Below are positions 63,875 to 64,000 of a stretch of 64,000 nucleotides of DNA, in pieces. The stretch is from Williopsis jadinii. Lineage: Eukaryota. Below the pieces are notes generated by a model. It made no database searches. It had not been told where the DNA came from and saw nothing but the letters and a program-made list of their open reading frames with translations. The stretch is from contig AP024664.1 in assembly GCA_024346625.1 (NCBI GenBank), forward strand, positions 3,782,001 through 3,846,000, in the 5' to 3' direction. Positions within the stretch are counted from its first letter, which is position 1. Each line of letters begins with the position of its first letter. A program made the translations under genes and the position numbers.

Positions 63875-64000
63875 TCAAAGAACAGCACAGCACAGCACTA
63901 TGGTTACGTAGCCTATAATCACTCACAAGTACTATCAACTGCACCATGTTACTCTCTTATATTCACTTGATTTATATAGCTTTTGTTTGATTTATTCCAT

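Overview
Gene-dense stretch of a budding-yeast (Saccharomycotina) nuclear chromosome. CTG encodes Leu at conserved positions (e.g. RFC5 HLLVYG = cat ctg ctg gtg), so this is not the CUG-Ser clade. An IND1 orthologue implies respiratory complex I, and six short introns (53-77 nt) have GTGAGT/GTAAGT/GTACGT/GTATGG donors. This fits a non-Saccharomycetaceae yeast, possibly Cyberlindnera/Wickerhamomyces-like (inference only). The window holds about 32 host protein genes, including SIP3/YSP1, HSP78, PalH/DFG16, EXG2, DFG5, POF1, THI20, QCR7, IND1, RFC5, MRPL16, MSF1, URC2, SPS2, MMS4, FES1, BRR1, TFB4, SIF2, MCO14, NFU1, VPH2, SRT1, a CBS-PB1 protein, an apparently secreted alkaline phosphatase and two D-amino acid oxidases. 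It also has two tRNA genes and one complete Ty3/gypsy retrotransposon (32179-37963) with identical 475-bp LTRs and a CTTCC target-site duplication, inserted 13 bp upstream of tRNA-Leu(AAG). The best leads are: (i) a candidate catabolic cluster at 57.3-63.7 kb (D-amino acid oxidase, hydantoinase-DUF917 fusion, Zn2Cys6 regulator) whose shared promoter carries six TACGAY motifs; (ii) the retroelement's probable non-canonical +1 frameshift site GGG-AGG-A; (iii) an atypical tRNA-Val(CAC); (iv) a nine-copy TTCCG array between two mitochondrial-translation genes; (v) a hairpin-rich region without a credible ORF at 50.4-51.4 kb. Gene identifications come from recognised motifs and recalled homologues, not from database searches.
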